From assembly GCA_963795085.1 (NCBI GenBank), contig CAWCFX010000004.1:640001-704000 (forward strand): a stretch of 64,000 bases of DNA. Direction: 5' to 3'. The notes under the pieces were generated by a model. The model was not told the DNA's origin. It worked only from the letters and a program-made list of their open reading frames with translations, and did no database searches. Both the position numbers and the translations under genes were made by a program. The first letter of the stretch is position 1, and each line of letters begins with the position of its first letter. This stretch comes from an uncultured Gemmatimonadales bacterium. Its GTDB lineage: Bacteria; Gemmatimonadota; Gemmatimonadetes; Gemmatimonadales; GWC2-71-9. Below are positions 1-9,636 of the stretch, in pieces.

Positions 1-2225
1 TGTGCCGGCCCCGCCGGTACGGGTTGTCCCAGCCGGGTTCGGACCCGGTGATGAGGGGGAGGAGGCCGTTTGCTGGAGACGATGGCCATGGGATACACAG
101 TGGCCTCGAACAACGCGCCTCCCTGGCTGCCCAGGTCTGCCACGGTATGCAGGGTGACATCGCGGCTCAGGGCCTGGCGGGCCCGGGAGGCATAGGCTGA
201 CGAGGCGGTTTTCACGGGGACCAGCAGGCCCACCACCCCGTTCGGAGCAGCCAGTTCATGGGACCGTTCCATGAACGCGATGGCCAGGTCCGGCTGGTGC
301 CGATACCCGGCGGCCATTGCGGGCGTGCTGCGCCACCAGCCATAGCGGGCGGCCAGGTGTTCCCGCACCCGGGCCGGAAGTTTCTCCGCGCGAACCCATG
401 GCGGGTTGCCGATGACGATGTCAAAACCGCCCCGGTGGGCGAACACATCGGCGAAGTGCGACTCGTACTGAAACCAGCCGACCTCTCCCTCCTGTTCCAG
501 CCGCCGCCCTGCCTGCCGCACCGGCAGGAGCCGCTGCCGCAACCCGCGAAGTCGCTCGGCAGCCACCCGGCCGGGGCGGCGCGTCACTCCAAAAAGGTCT
601 GGCGTCCGCGCGTCAGCAATTGTCTCCCGGATGGCCCGGGTCAGGGCTGCCTCGGCCCGGTCCAGGCAGGCGCGCATGGCCACCTGTTCAGCCTGCCGGA
701 GCGTGCGGGCGGCGGCCCGCTTCCCGACCCCGGTGGAGGCGATAAACGCCTTGCGAAGGTTCGCCAACGGCTCTCCCAACGCCCCGGGCCCTACCGGCAT
801 TCGGGCCATCATGCCGAGCGGATCGGCAAGGCTATCACCCTGGCGAACCAGGCAATCGAGGTTGGGCAGGGGAGCGACTCGCTCCGGAATTCCGGGGCGC
901 TCGGCGGCGATCACCGCGAGCCAGAGTCGCAGTTCGGTGAGGCGGACCGCCGTGGGATTGATATCTACCCCAAAGAGACTGGTCTGGAGAATGCGGCGCC
1001 GAAGACCGCTTCCAGATTCCCCGCCGCGGTGCAGCAGGTCCGCCAACCGTTCCAGGGCGGCAAGCAGAAACGCGCCCGATCCCACCGCCGGATCCAGGAG
1101 AGTCACCGAGGAAAGCAGCCGGCGAACCCGGGGATTCCGCTCGGCGAGCATTCGTGCCGCCTCGTCCGGCGCTATGCCGGGCGCGCCGGAGACCAACGCG
1201 AGGAGGCACTCATCCAGCAGGGCATTCACCAGCGCGGGCGGAGTATAGAACGTTCCGCTTCCCCGCCGCTCCCGCGGGGCCATCACGCCCTCGAATACCC
1301 TCCCCAGCATGTCGGGAGCGATGGCGCCGCCGGTGCCTTCGGTGGTCGTGAACTGGAAGCGCTCGAACAGGTCGTCGAAGACAGCGCGCCAGGCCAGGTT
1401 GGGGATGACCGGTTTGCGCCGCCGCTCCAGGGGATGGGGCTCGAAGAGGCCGCCATTGAGAAAGGGAATGCGTCCAAAGGCCCGGGTGGACCGGGACCGA
1501 TCGGCGGCCGGGCGGTTGAGGGTGCCGAAGAACAGGGGCTTGAGGAGATGGCGGTCCATCTCCTTGCCGCTGGCGAGGCAGCGGTCCACCTGCCGGCGGA
1601 GGAAGTCGGGCTGACCGTCGAGCCACCCCTTGCTCTGCACGAAGTAGAGGAAGAGAACCCGGTTCAGCTGGAGCAGGGCCAGGCTTCGGCATTCCGGGCC
1701 CGGGCCGCCGATGCACTGCGCTACCCGCTCCAGCTGCCGCTCGAAGGCGTGGAAGAACCGGCGCCCGATGCCTTCCATCGACAGGATCTCCGCCAGGCTC
1801 GCCGCGGTGGTGATCGGTGGCCCTGGCGCCAGGCGGGCGAGACGCTCGATGCACGTGGCCAGCACCGATTCATCATCCGCGGGCCGGAGGATCAATACCG
1901 GCAGACCTTCGAACGCCACCGAAAGCGCGAGCCCGTCCCCGGCCGGGTCAAAAGCAAGGACGACGGCCGGTTCCCCGCGGCGAAACAGCAGCCCGGCGAG
2001 TTTGCGGGCCGCTCGCGCGGGAGCAGCCGCAGCGGCGCCGACCACCGACAGACTGCCCAGCCTGCCCACCACCGCTGAGCCGGTGCAGGGCGGCGGATCC
2101 GCCTCCCGGCGCCGCCATGCGCTGAGCGGGACCGGCTCCCACGCCCGCTCGAAGTGCAGGATTGCGGCCAGTTGATGCAAGTCCCGGAGGGAGGTGACCG
2201 GGGGAAGAGCCGGGGGTGCGTTCAT
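1..2225 (-). CDS. Eco57I-like/type IIG N6-adenine DNA methyltransferase, 3' end beyond the window
   Basis: Absent from the ORF track; translated by hand from ATG 2225 (GGAGG upstream). Motifs RVLFLYFVQSKGWL, IPFLNGGLF, PDMLGRVFE, GTFYTP, motif I LLDPAVGSGAFL, FGVDINP and motif IV FDIVIGNPPW. Confidence 0.85.
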   Translation of the reverse strand, partial: MNAPPALPPVTSLRDLHQLAAILHFERAWEPVPLSAWRRREADPPPCTGSAVVGRLGSLSVVGAAAAAPARAARKLAGLLFRRGEPAVVLAFDPAGDGLALSVAFEGLPVLILRPADDESVLATCIERLARLAPGPPITTAASLAEILSMEGIGRRFFHAFERQLERVAQCIGGPGPECRSLALLQLNRVLFLYFVQSKGWLDGQPDFLRRQVDRCLASGKEMDRHLLKPLFFGTLNRPAADRSRSTRAFGRIPFLNGGLFEPHPLERRRKPVIPNLAWRAVFDDLFERFQFTTTEGTGGAIAPDMLGRVFEGVMAPRERRGSGTFYTPPALVNALLDECLLALVSGAPGIAPDEAARMLAERNPRVRRLLSSVTLLDPAVGSGAFLLAALERLADLLHRGGESGSGLRRRILQTSLFGVDINPTAVRLTELRLWLAVIAAERPGIPERVAPLPNLDCLVRQGDSLADPLGMMARMPVGPGALGEPLANLRKAFIASTGVGKRAAARTLRQAEQVAMRACLDRAEAALTRAIRETIADARTPDLFGVTRRPGRVAAERLRGLRQRLLPVRQAGRRLEQEGEVGWFQYESHFADVFAHRGGFDIVIGNPPWVRAEKLPARVREHLAARYGWWRSTPAMAAGYRHQPDLAIAFMERSHELAAPNGVVGLLVPVKTASSAYASRARQALSRDVTLHTVADLGSQGGALFEATVYPMAIVSSKRPPPPHHRVRTRLGQPVPAGPA

Positions 2226-2397
2226 GGGGCCTCCATGGAGGCCCAGCTTACCAGCCAACCGTCCGGGTACCGGGACCGGATTTACGCGGATCGGATCAAA
2301 AAAAGCCGGCCCGGCGGTGGGTTCCCCGAAACGGCCTCACGGGGTACCTTGGGGGGCCTGTTTTCTGACCGTTCGGCCCCCTCTTGAGCCAGGACTC

Positions 2398-4152
2398 ATG
2401 GCAAGACGACCATCCAGCGGCGGCCGGTCTTTCCTGAATCCGTTGGTTATCGCGCTGGCGTATGCCGTTCTCAGCGCGGCGTACATCGTGCTTTCCGACC
2501 GGCTGCTCGCCCTGTTCGGGGGCGATGCTTCGGTCGCCTATCTCACCCGGATCCAGACCCTCAAAGGCATTCTCTTCATTTCCCTGACGGCGGGGTTCAT
2601 CTACCTGCTGATCCGGATTGGCGTCCGCCAGGTTCACTCCACCAGGGACGCGCTGGAAGAGGCCGAAGCCCGTTACCTCCAGCTGTTCGAAAAGACCGGA
2701 GCCGTCATTCTGGTTGTGGACGGCACCACCGGGGCAATCATTGACGCCAACCGCTCGGCGGAACGGTTCTACGGGTGGAGCAAGGCGGAACTGGCGGGGA
2801 TGTCCTTTCGTGATCTCCAGGTTTCCCATGGGCCCCGGGTGAGCGGAGATTTCTTTGCCCGGCTGGAGGACAACCAGTTCAGCTACGGCCGGCAGCGCAC
2901 GGCGAGAAGCGGGGAACGGGACGTCGCGATCAACGTGACGCCGGTGGCGGCCGGCGGGCGGGTGACCGAATTCGTGCTGATTCACGACGTGACCGAGCGG
3001 CTCCTGCTGGAGAACCAGCTGCGGCAGTCTCAGAAGATGGAGGCGGTGGGGCAGCTGACCGGCGGAATTGCGCACGACCTCAACAACGTGTTGACTGTCG
3101 TGCTGGCCGCCGCCGACCTGATCGCCGCCGAGCTGCCCGAGGCGCAGGCGGACATGAAGACCGATCTCAACGACCTGCGTGCCGCGGCCCGGCGAGGCGC
3201 CGCGATGATCCGGAAGCTCCTCAGTTTCAGCCGGAACGCCAGCCTCCGGCTCTCCACGATGGACCTGGGCCAGGCGGTCGAGGAGCTGAAACCCATCCTC
3301 CGCCGGCTCCTGCCCGAGAGCATTACTCTCACATCGGAGGACCGGGCGGCCGGCATGATCAAGGCCGACCAGGTGGCGCTGGAGCAGATCGTCCTGAACC
3401 TCGCCACCAACGCTCGCGATGCCATGGGGGCCGGCGGAACTTTTCACCTGGAAACCGGGAGCGCCTGGCTCTACCCGACCGCCGAGCACCCGTGGGTCCA
3501 GCCCGGGTATTACGCCTACCTGAAGGCGAGTGATACCGGCGCCGGCATGGATGCGGCGACCCAGGCCCGGATGTTCGAGCCTTTCTTCACCACCAAGGCG
3601 CCGGTCGAGGGGTCAGGACTCGGCATGGCTATGGTGTACGGGCTGGTGAAGCAACATGCCGGGTTCGTCATCGTGGACAGCGCGCCGGGGGCCGGTACTA
3701 CGGTGGCCGTCTACCTGCCGCCGGCATCCAAGCTCGACCTGATGGAACAGGCCCGGGCCGAAATGCCCGCGGAGAAGAGCCTGACGGGGGAGACGATCCT
3801 GCTGGTTGAGGACGAAGATGCGTTGCGGCGGGCCGGGCAGCGGATCCTGGAGCGGCTCGGCTACGTGGTGGTGTGCGCCGTCGACGGAGAGCAGGGGCTC
3901 GAAGTGCTGGCGCAGCAGGGAGAGACGATTGACCTGGTCATCTCGGACGTGATCATGCCCCGAATCGGGGGCCGGGCCTTCTACGAGGCAGCCCGGACCC
4001 GGTACCCGGACCTGCGCTTCCTCTTTACCAGCGGGTACGCGCCATCATCGCCGGGGCAGGAGGCGCCGTTGCCCGATGTGCCGTTCATCCAGAAGCCGTG
4101 GACCTTTGACGAGCTGGGCAACAAGGTCCGGGAGGTGCTCGACCGGGTCTAG
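2398..4152 (+). CDS. Membrane-anchored PAS hybrid sensor histidine kinase/response regulator
   Basis: Two N-terminal TM segments, a PAS domain, H-box GGIAHDLNN, N-box NLATNARDAM, FEPFFTTK/GSGLG, and a receiver domain (ILLVEDED...ISDVIMP...QKP). Confidence 0.92.
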   Translation: MARRPSSGGRSFLNPLVIALAYAVLSAAYIVLSDRLLALFGGDASVAYLTRIQTLKGILFISLTAGFIYLLIRIGVRQVHSTRDALEEAEARYLQLFEKTGAVILVVDGTTGAIIDANRSAERFYGWSKAELAGMSFRDLQVSHGPRVSGDFFARLEDNQFSYGRQRTARSGERDVAINVTPVAAGGRVTEFVLIHDVTERLLLENQLRQSQKMEAVGQLTGGIAHDLNNVLTVVLAAADLIAAELPEAQADMKTDLNDLRAAARRGAAMIRKLLSFSRNASLRLSTMDLGQAVEELKPILRRLLPESITLTSEDRAAGMIKADQVALEQIVLNLATNARDAMGAGGTFHLETGSAWLYPTAEHPWVQPGYYAYLKASDTGAGMDAATQARMFEPFFTTKAPVEGSGLGMAMVYGLVKQHAGFVIVDSAPGAGTTVAVYLPPASKLDLMEQARAEMPAEKSLTGETILLVEDEDALRRAGQRILERLGYVVVCAVDGEQGLEVLAQQGETIDLVISDVIMPRIGGRAFYEAARTRYPDLRFLFTSGYAPSSPGQEAPLPDVPFIQKPWTFDELGNKVREVLDRV

Positions 4153-4205
4153 TGCGGGCCTGGTGGACTGTATCCAAAGTTCCGGTCAGATGGGGAAGAA
4201 CTGGA

Positions 4206-4339
4206 TCACCACGGAGTCACGAAGTTCACGAAGGCAGCACGAAGAAACTTCATGCTGCCGCCAAGGTATTGGGATTGCGGCTCTTGAGCCCGCTACGGTG
4301 GGTGCTGCTACCTCCGTGTGCTTCGTGGCTCCGTGGTGA
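4206..4339. repeat. Intergenic imperfect inverted repeat built from CACG(G/A)AG units
   Basis: 4206-4234 matches the reverse complement of 4311-4339 at 25 of 29 positions. Confidence 0.75.
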
Positions 4340-4379
4340 GCTGTTCGACAGCGCCTATCGAAACACGTGAGACAGCCCA

Positions 4380-4631
4380 CTAGTAGGCGTCCATTACCAT
4401 CAGGCTCAGGGCATCGAGCGCCTGGTGCTCCGGCAGGACGTTTCCCTTGTCATCGAATCGGATGTTCATCGCGCACAGTTCCTCGAGCGCGGTGCTCTCT
4501 TCGTTCTTGAGCTGAAGCAGGTACGGTTCTCCGCCTGCCCGGATCACGGCCAGCCGGTCGATAAGCCAGTCGGGCTTGTCGGTGGATTTCTCCAGGGCGG
4601 CAAGCATGTCGGGCGTCAGGGTCAGCTTCAT
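4380..4631 (-). CDS. Hypothetical protein, 83 aa (MKLTLTPDML...)
   Basis: C-terminal part of track ORF 4380..5360. ATG overlaps the TGA of the upstream GT2 gene (ATGA), with GAGG upstream. Confidence 0.7.
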   Translation of the reverse strand: MKLTLTPDMLAALEKSTDKPDWLIDRLAVIRAGGEPYLLQLKNEESTALEELCAMNIRFDDKGNVLPEHQALDALSLMVMDAY

Positions 4632-5836
4632 GGAGTCCTCGTTTTCTGATGTTGCCCCAGTTGGCCGGCCGCCGGCGTAGGGTCGGTCAATCCGCGGCCG
4701 CGACCTTCGATGTGCGAGTAGGTCCTGCCCCGCCACTCCACCGCCCGGCTTCCCCGCCAGATCGAGCGGCCAATGATGTACATGGACATTAACGCACCCA
4801 GCGGGAAGGCCAAGCCGTACCAGGGAGGAATGCCCAGGGCGACGCAACTGGCGGTCCAGAACAGGGTGCAGAGCGATGTGGCCAGCAGGGCCGCCTCGAG
4901 GCCCGGCACGGCGCCGGCCCCGGCCAGCGCCAGCCACGCAGGAGGCACCAGCCAGTACAGCAGTCCCAGCAGCAACCCGATGGGAGCGAAACGGCCGGTG
5001 AACGGGTTGTCCGGGAACGAGGCGCGGCTGCCGAGATAGAGGTTCTTGGACCAGCCTTCGATCAGGCCGCGGAGGCTGGTGTACATCCGGGTCTGGATCA
5101 GGCTCTCGGCGTGAGCCAGGTGAAGGGTGGCGCCGGTCCGCCAGAAGGCCTGGGCCAGGGCCAGGTCTTCGGCGACCTGGTCGCGAACCCGGTAATGGGT
5201 ACCCACGGCTTCGTAATGTTCCCGGCGCACCAGGATAAACTGGCCGTTCGCGATCACCTGACGCGACCGGCGGGCCCGGTTCACCGATGCCGGCGAAAAC
5301 CGCAGCGCCAGCATGAGCCCGATCTGGGGCATGATGACCCGCTCCCAGAACGTCAGGCAAACCTGGCGGGGGATCAGGCTGACCAGGTCCGCCCCAGCGG
5401 CTTGGAGGGCGCCTACCGCCCGTCCCAGCAGCCCCGGGTCATGCCGGGTGTCCGCATCGGTGAACAGGAGCAGGCTCCCGCTTGCCTCCCGATACCCCTG
5501 GTAGCAGGCCCACGGCTTGCCATACCAGCCCGCCGGCAGTTCGCTGCCCCGCACCAGCCGGAACCGGGTGTCCCGGGCCACGAACGACTCCGCCAGCCGG
5601 GCGGTCTCATCGGTTGACCGATCGTCCACCACCAGGACCTCGAAGCGATCGTACTCACTTCGTTGCAGCGACTCGAGCAACCCTTCGATGTTGTCCGCCT
5701 CGTTCCGGGCCGGCACGATGATGCTCACGAGGACACCACGGGCCGGCGGGGTGCGCGCAATGTCTGGTTTTCGGGGAATCAGCCGCAGGACCGCGAAGAA
5801 TGGCGCCAGCCATAGTATGCCGGGCAGAATGTTCAG
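4628..5836 (-). CDS. Family 2 glycosyltransferase (CrtQ/CruC/HpnB-like membrane GT)
   Basis: SIIVPARNE, VDDRSTD, GWYGKPWAC, FTDAD, ANGQF, AEDL, RMY and GWSKN motifs, with C-terminal TMs. Start placed at CTG 5836; alternative GTG 5728. Confidence 0.85.
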   Translation of the reverse strand: MNILPGILWLAPFFAVLRLIPRKPDIARTPPARGVLVSIIVPARNEADNIEGLLESLQRSEYDRFEVLVVDDRSTDETARLAESFVARDTRFRLVRGSELPAGWYGKPWACYQGYREASGSLLLFTDADTRHDPGLLGRAVGALQAAGADLVSLIPRQVCLTFWERVIMPQIGLMLALRFSPASVNRARRSRQVIANGQFILVRREHYEAVGTHYRVRDQVAEDLALAQAFWRTGATLHLAHAESLIQTRMYTSLRGLIEGWSKNLYLGSRASFPDNPFTGRFAPIGLLLGLLYWLVPPAWLALAGAGAVPGLEAALLATSLCTLFWTASCVALGIPPWYGLAFPLGALMSMYIIGRSIWRGSRAVEWRGRTYSHIEGRGRGLTDPTPAAGQLGQHQKTRTP

Positions 5837-6369
5837 TTCTTGACCTCCCCTCGATTAGCTTTCCCGGTCGTTTCCGACAAGTCTTTCTCGAGGGCATCGA
5901 GTTGGCGGTTGATATCGTTGGAATCGAGCTCGGTGTCTCCGGACGGCACGCCGTTCTGCACGAACAACGTCGCCACCAGTGCGTCCGTGTACCCCACCAC
6001 GGCCACCGCGATCCCCTTGTCGAGGACGCGGTTCAGGCGGAGCATGGTGGCCATGCCCTGGCGGGCCCGCATGGCGGCCAGCACCGGCGAGAGGTTCCGG
6101 GTGAGCAGCTCGCGAAGAAATTGCATCTCTTCTACGACTTCTCCAGCCGCGAGGCCTCGGGCGGCGGCGACCCGGCCATAGTGCTCGCAGGCCTGGTACC
6201 AGATCTTCTTGACATCGCGCCGCATCGGGCCGACCATTTCGGTCATGACGTCAATGAGGAGCCGAAGCTCTCGCTCGACGGTAGGGCGGGGCACCGAGTG
6301 GGCGGACGTCATGCGGTCGCCCAGCCACGACGCCCACTGGGTTACCATCGGGTCGCGCAACTCGGCCAT
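5833..6369 (-). CDS. Hypothetical all-helical protein, RsbRD-N/protoglobin-like
   Basis: HYGRVAAARGLAAGEVVEEMQFLRELL resembles the RsbRD N-terminal H-G-x-R-x-G-x-E pattern. Confidence 0.6.
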   Translation of the reverse strand: MAELRDPMVTQWASWLGDRMTSAHSVPRPTVERELRLLIDVMTEMVGPMRRDVKKIWYQACEHYGRVAAARGLAAGEVVEEMQFLRELLTRNLSPVLAAMRARQGMATMLRLNRVLDKGIAVAVVGYTDALVATLFVQNGVPSGDTELDSNDINRQLDALEKDLSETTGKANRGEVKN

Positions 6370-6459
6370 GGCGCGGCCGACGGCGAGGAGTGCTGGAATG
6401 GAAGCGCGCAGGCCGGAGACTCCGAGTGAACTGAGAGGGCAATCTACATGGGAGGTGGA

Positions 6460-7422
6460 ATGCGGTCAAAAGCCCTGACACGCCCGCCCCGGCTCGCCCC
6501 GGGCAGCCGGATCGCCCTGGTGGCGCCCGCCGGCCCCCTGCTGGAGCGCGATGACCTCACGCGGGGGGAGGAGCTTTGCCGCGCGCTGGGCTTCGAACCG
6601 GTTCTCGCGGCCCATGCCGGCGGCCGATACGGCTACCTCGCCGGCACCGACGAGCAGCGGCTGGCCGATCTCAACGCCGCCCTGCGCGATGACCGGGTGG
6701 ACGCGGTGTGGTGCCTCCGGGGCGGGTACGGGATCACCCGCATCCTGGACGGCGTCGATTTCCGGGCGCTGGAGCGTCACCCCAAGGCGGTGATCGGGTA
6801 CTCGGATATCACGGCCCTCATCAATGCCCTCGCCCGACGGAGCGGTGTGGTCACCTTCCATGGGCCGATGAGCCGGTCCAGTCTCTCGCCCTTCAGCCGG
6901 TGGCACCTCGACCGGGTGCTGACCAACCTGAGCGAGGCCGGACAACTGGGCCGCATCGCGCAGCCGGCCGACGTGCTGGTTCCCCGGGACAACCGCATCG
7001 TGACGCTGACGCCCGGCGTGGCTGAGGGCCGCCTGTACGGAGGCAACCTCACGCTGCTCCAGGCCCTGATCGGGACCCCGTACTTTCCCGACCTGGACGG
7101 AGCCCTCCTCTTCCTGGAAGATGTGGGCGAGGACCTCTATTCGGTGGACCGGATGCTGGCCCACCTGCGAATGGTGGGCGCGCTCGCCAAACTCAACGGT
7201 GTCGTCGTCGGCCGCTTTACGGAAATGAAGCGAGGTACCGACGACGGCGCCCTGGGGTTCGACGAGGTGCTCTCCACCTACCTGGCGCCGCTCAAGGTCC
7301 CGGTCGCCTATGGGTTTCCGCTGGGCCACATTGACGACCAGTGGACTCTTCCCCTCGGCGTGCGGGCCCGCCTCGATGCGACGGCGGGCGCGCTGGATAT
7401 TCTGGAGCCGGCGGTCTCGTAG
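6460..7422 (+). CDS. LD-carboxypeptidase (peptidase S66, LdcA/MccF family)
   Basis: RGGYG, GYSDIT, GGNL, LEDVGE and GH motifs; GGAGG before ATG 6460. Confidence 0.92.
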   Translation: MRSKALTRPPRLAPGSRIALVAPAGPLLERDDLTRGEELCRALGFEPVLAAHAGGRYGYLAGTDEQRLADLNAALRDDRVDAVWCLRGGYGITRILDGVDFRALERHPKAVIGYSDITALINALARRSGVVTFHGPMSRSSLSPFSRWHLDRVLTNLSEAGQLGRIAQPADVLVPRDNRIVTLTPGVAEGRLYGGNLTLLQALIGTPYFPDLDGALLFLEDVGEDLYSVDRMLAHLRMVGALAKLNGVVVGRFTEMKRGTDDGALGFDEVLSTYLAPLKVPVAYGFPLGHIDDQWTLPLGVRARLDATAGALDILEPAVS

Positions 7423-7434
7423 GAACCGGCCCGG

Positions 7435-7953
7435 TCAGTTTCCCGGCTCGACCCGCAATGATTTCCGCACTACCGTGACCGTGTCGCCGTGGTGCTCCGC
7501 TACCTGGAGCACTTCCCACCCGCACCGCTCGAAAAGTTCGGCCGCCCTGATGGTCACCGCATGGAGTTGGGTAAACCCCTGGCCTGCCGCCAGGTCTTCC
7601 ACTGCCCGGATCAACTGCCGGCCAATGCCGCGGTTCCGCCAGGCCGGGTCAACGTACAGGTGGGTGAGCCAGGGAGTGAACTCGCGGCACACCGTGCTGC
7701 TTTCGGCCGACAGGGTCACCGTCCCCGCAAACGACAGACCGACCATCGCGACCAGGGCAAGCGGGAGGCCTTCATCCCGGCAGCGGTCGGCGAATCCCAT
7801 CTTGATCGCGGCGATGGGCTGGTCGGCGAAATAAACCGGCCACTGGGCTTTGAACCCCTGGGCCAAGTCGCCCAACACCTCGGGATGGTCCGCGAGGTGG
7901 CTGATCTCGACCTCCGGAACCGGAGATTGGGGAGGCTGAATCAATTTGCCCAT
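7435..7953 (-). CDS. GNAT family N-acetyltransferase
   Basis: PWLTHLYVDPAWRNRGIGRQL acetyl-CoA binding motif. Confidence 0.85.
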   Translation of the reverse strand: MGKLIQPPQSPVPEVEISHLADHPEVLGDLAQGFKAQWPVYFADQPIAAIKMGFADRCRDEGLPLALVAMVGLSFAGTVTLSAESSTVCREFTPWLTHLYVDPAWRNRGIGRQLIRAVEDLAAGQGFTQLHAVTIRAAELFERCGWEVLQVAEHHGDTVTVVRKSLRVEPGN

Positions 7954-8017
7954 CCTGGTCGTATCATTTCACATTGAAACGTGATCTGATCCCCCTCATG
8001 GCATGGAGAAATCTCGT

Positions 8018-8478
8018 ATGAGCAAAGGCCTCATCGCTTTAGCTGTCCTGACTATGGTCTTCCCACTCGTCGCTGGGGCGCAGGACCAGCAGGCCAGGCT
8101 GGGGACGCCAGTATCGAGGGCGATACCGTGGCGATCGTAGAAGCGCTCAATGCCGGCGCTGAGATCGACCGGCTCGACACCCGGAGAAATTCCAACGGCC
8201 GCCGCGCGCTCAACTATGCGGCCTACTTCAATCGGGTCCCTGCGGTGCGCGTGCTGCTTGCCCGAGGCGCGAGTGTCAACCTGGCCAACACCAGCGGGTT
8301 CACACCGGTCCATCATGCCGCCGAGGGAGGCGCGACTGACGCGTTGATGATACTGCTTGGAGCCGGCGCCGATGTGTCCTTACCCAACGTGAATGGCCGG
8401 CTTCCGATTGATACCGCGACCTCGCGAGAGTATTTCGACATCGTGCAGATCCTGGCCGCGGCATCGAAGAAACCCTGA
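8018..8478 (+). pseudogene. Secreted ankyrin-repeat protein with a frameshift near 8101
   Basis: The signal peptide ORF from ATG 8018 (MSKGLIALAVLTMVFPLVAGAQD) stops early. Ankyrin repeats (ALNYAA, GFTPVHHAA, LLGAGADV) continue in another frame. One extra base restores ...RL-x-DASIEGDTVAI... Confidence 0.7.
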
Positions 8479-8551
8479 CGGTCACGAAGGGAGCCGGGGC
8501 GGACCGTGCCACCGGAAATCAACACCGCTGGTTTCCGGGGCACAACCGACG

Positions 8552-9391
8552 TCAGGCCAGGAACCGGGAGAACCAGTTCACGGTTTCGCCAAGCGCCAGG
8601 TCAAGGGCGGGCGGCAGCGTCTGGAGTGGATGGGTCGCGCCAAAGGTATGGCCGGTGTCAGGAATCATGAGCAGCCGGGCCCGGGAGCCGGAGCCGAGGT
8701 GCAGGGCCTGGGCATCTTCGGGTGCCACGGTTTCATCTCCGGCACCGTGAATAATCAGCCACGGGCGTTCGATCCTGCCGCCGGCTGCCGCGATGTCGAG
8801 GGTGCTCCTGGCATTCTGGTCGATGTCGTCGAGCACGTCGGTGGAGAGCGGCATGGTCTGGCCGGTCCTGGCGTTCTGGATGCTCAGGTACCCCCGGCGC
8901 CGCCATGCGTCCCTGGCGTCCGCCGACCATCGATCCGCCTTTCCGATCGCCGCCCAGGTGACGAGGCAGCGCACATCCTGGTTTTGCGCGGTCTCCAGGA
9001 TGGCTATCCCGCCGCCCCGGGAATGGCCGAGAATGCCGAGGGAGGTAGGGGCTGGAATTCCGAACGGGTCACCTAGGCGGAGCGCGAGCGCGGTGCGATG
9101 GAGGTCTTCCAGTTCCGCGGAATAGGTGTTCCGTCCGAACCTGTCCTCATGCGTAAACTGGCCCTGGTCGTCCACGCCGCTGCCACTCACGTTCAAGGAA
9201 AGCGCTGTCATTCCGGCCCGGGCCAGCCGCTCTGCGGCCAGCGGGAACATGCCCCAATCCTTGAAGCCCTTGAACCCATGCAGGATGATCACCGCGGGGC
9301 GGGGATTCCGCCGGTCTCCGGTGCGCAGGTCGACGAGGATTTCGCCCAGCGATCCTGCGAGAGTGTGCTTGGTAGTCGTTGCCGTAGCCAT
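8552..9391 (-). CDS. Alpha/beta hydrolase
   Basis: HGFKGFKDWG, nucleophile GHSRGG, IHGAGDETV, GHTF. Confidence 0.88.
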   Translation of the reverse strand: MATATTTKHTLAGSLGEILVDLRTGDRRNPRPAVIILHGFKGFKDWGMFPLAAERLARAGMTALSLNVSGSGVDDQGQFTHEDRFGRNTYSAELEDLHRTALALRLGDPFGIPAPTSLGILGHSRGGGIAILETAQNQDVRCLVTWAAIGKADRWSADARDAWRRRGYLSIQNARTGQTMPLSTDVLDDIDQNARSTLDIAAAGGRIERPWLIIHGAGDETVAPEDAQALHLGSGSRARLLMIPDTGHTFGATHPLQTLPPALDLALGETVNWFSRFLA

Positions 9392-9414
9392 GGAAAGCCC
9401 CTTATTCTTCAAGC

Positions 9415-9636
9415 ATGCCGGTCTACGAATACTACTGTCTCGAGTGCGGAAACGCCTTCGAGCTCCTGGTGCGGGGCGAGATGGTCCCGGCTTGTCCGGC
9501 CTGCGCCGCCGTCCGCATCGAGCGCCGGATGTCGGTGACCGCACGACCGGGGGGCGGGCCACGGTCCCCCGATTTCAGCTCTCTGGGGCCACCGTCGGGT
9601 TCGGGAGGGTGCGGTAGCGGCTGCGGGTGCCACTGA
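9415..9636 (+). CDS. FmdB family zinc-ribbon protein
   Basis: MPVYEYYCLECG...CPAC and a Cys/Gly-rich tail. Confidence 0.88.
   Translation: MPVYEYYCLECGNAFELLVRGEMVPACPACAAVRIERRMSVTARPGGGPRSPDFSSLGPPSGSGGCGSGCGCH

Noticed and set aside
258..2078. 606-aa plus-strand ORF
   Set aside because: Antisense shadow of the methyltransferase, with no recognisable motifs.
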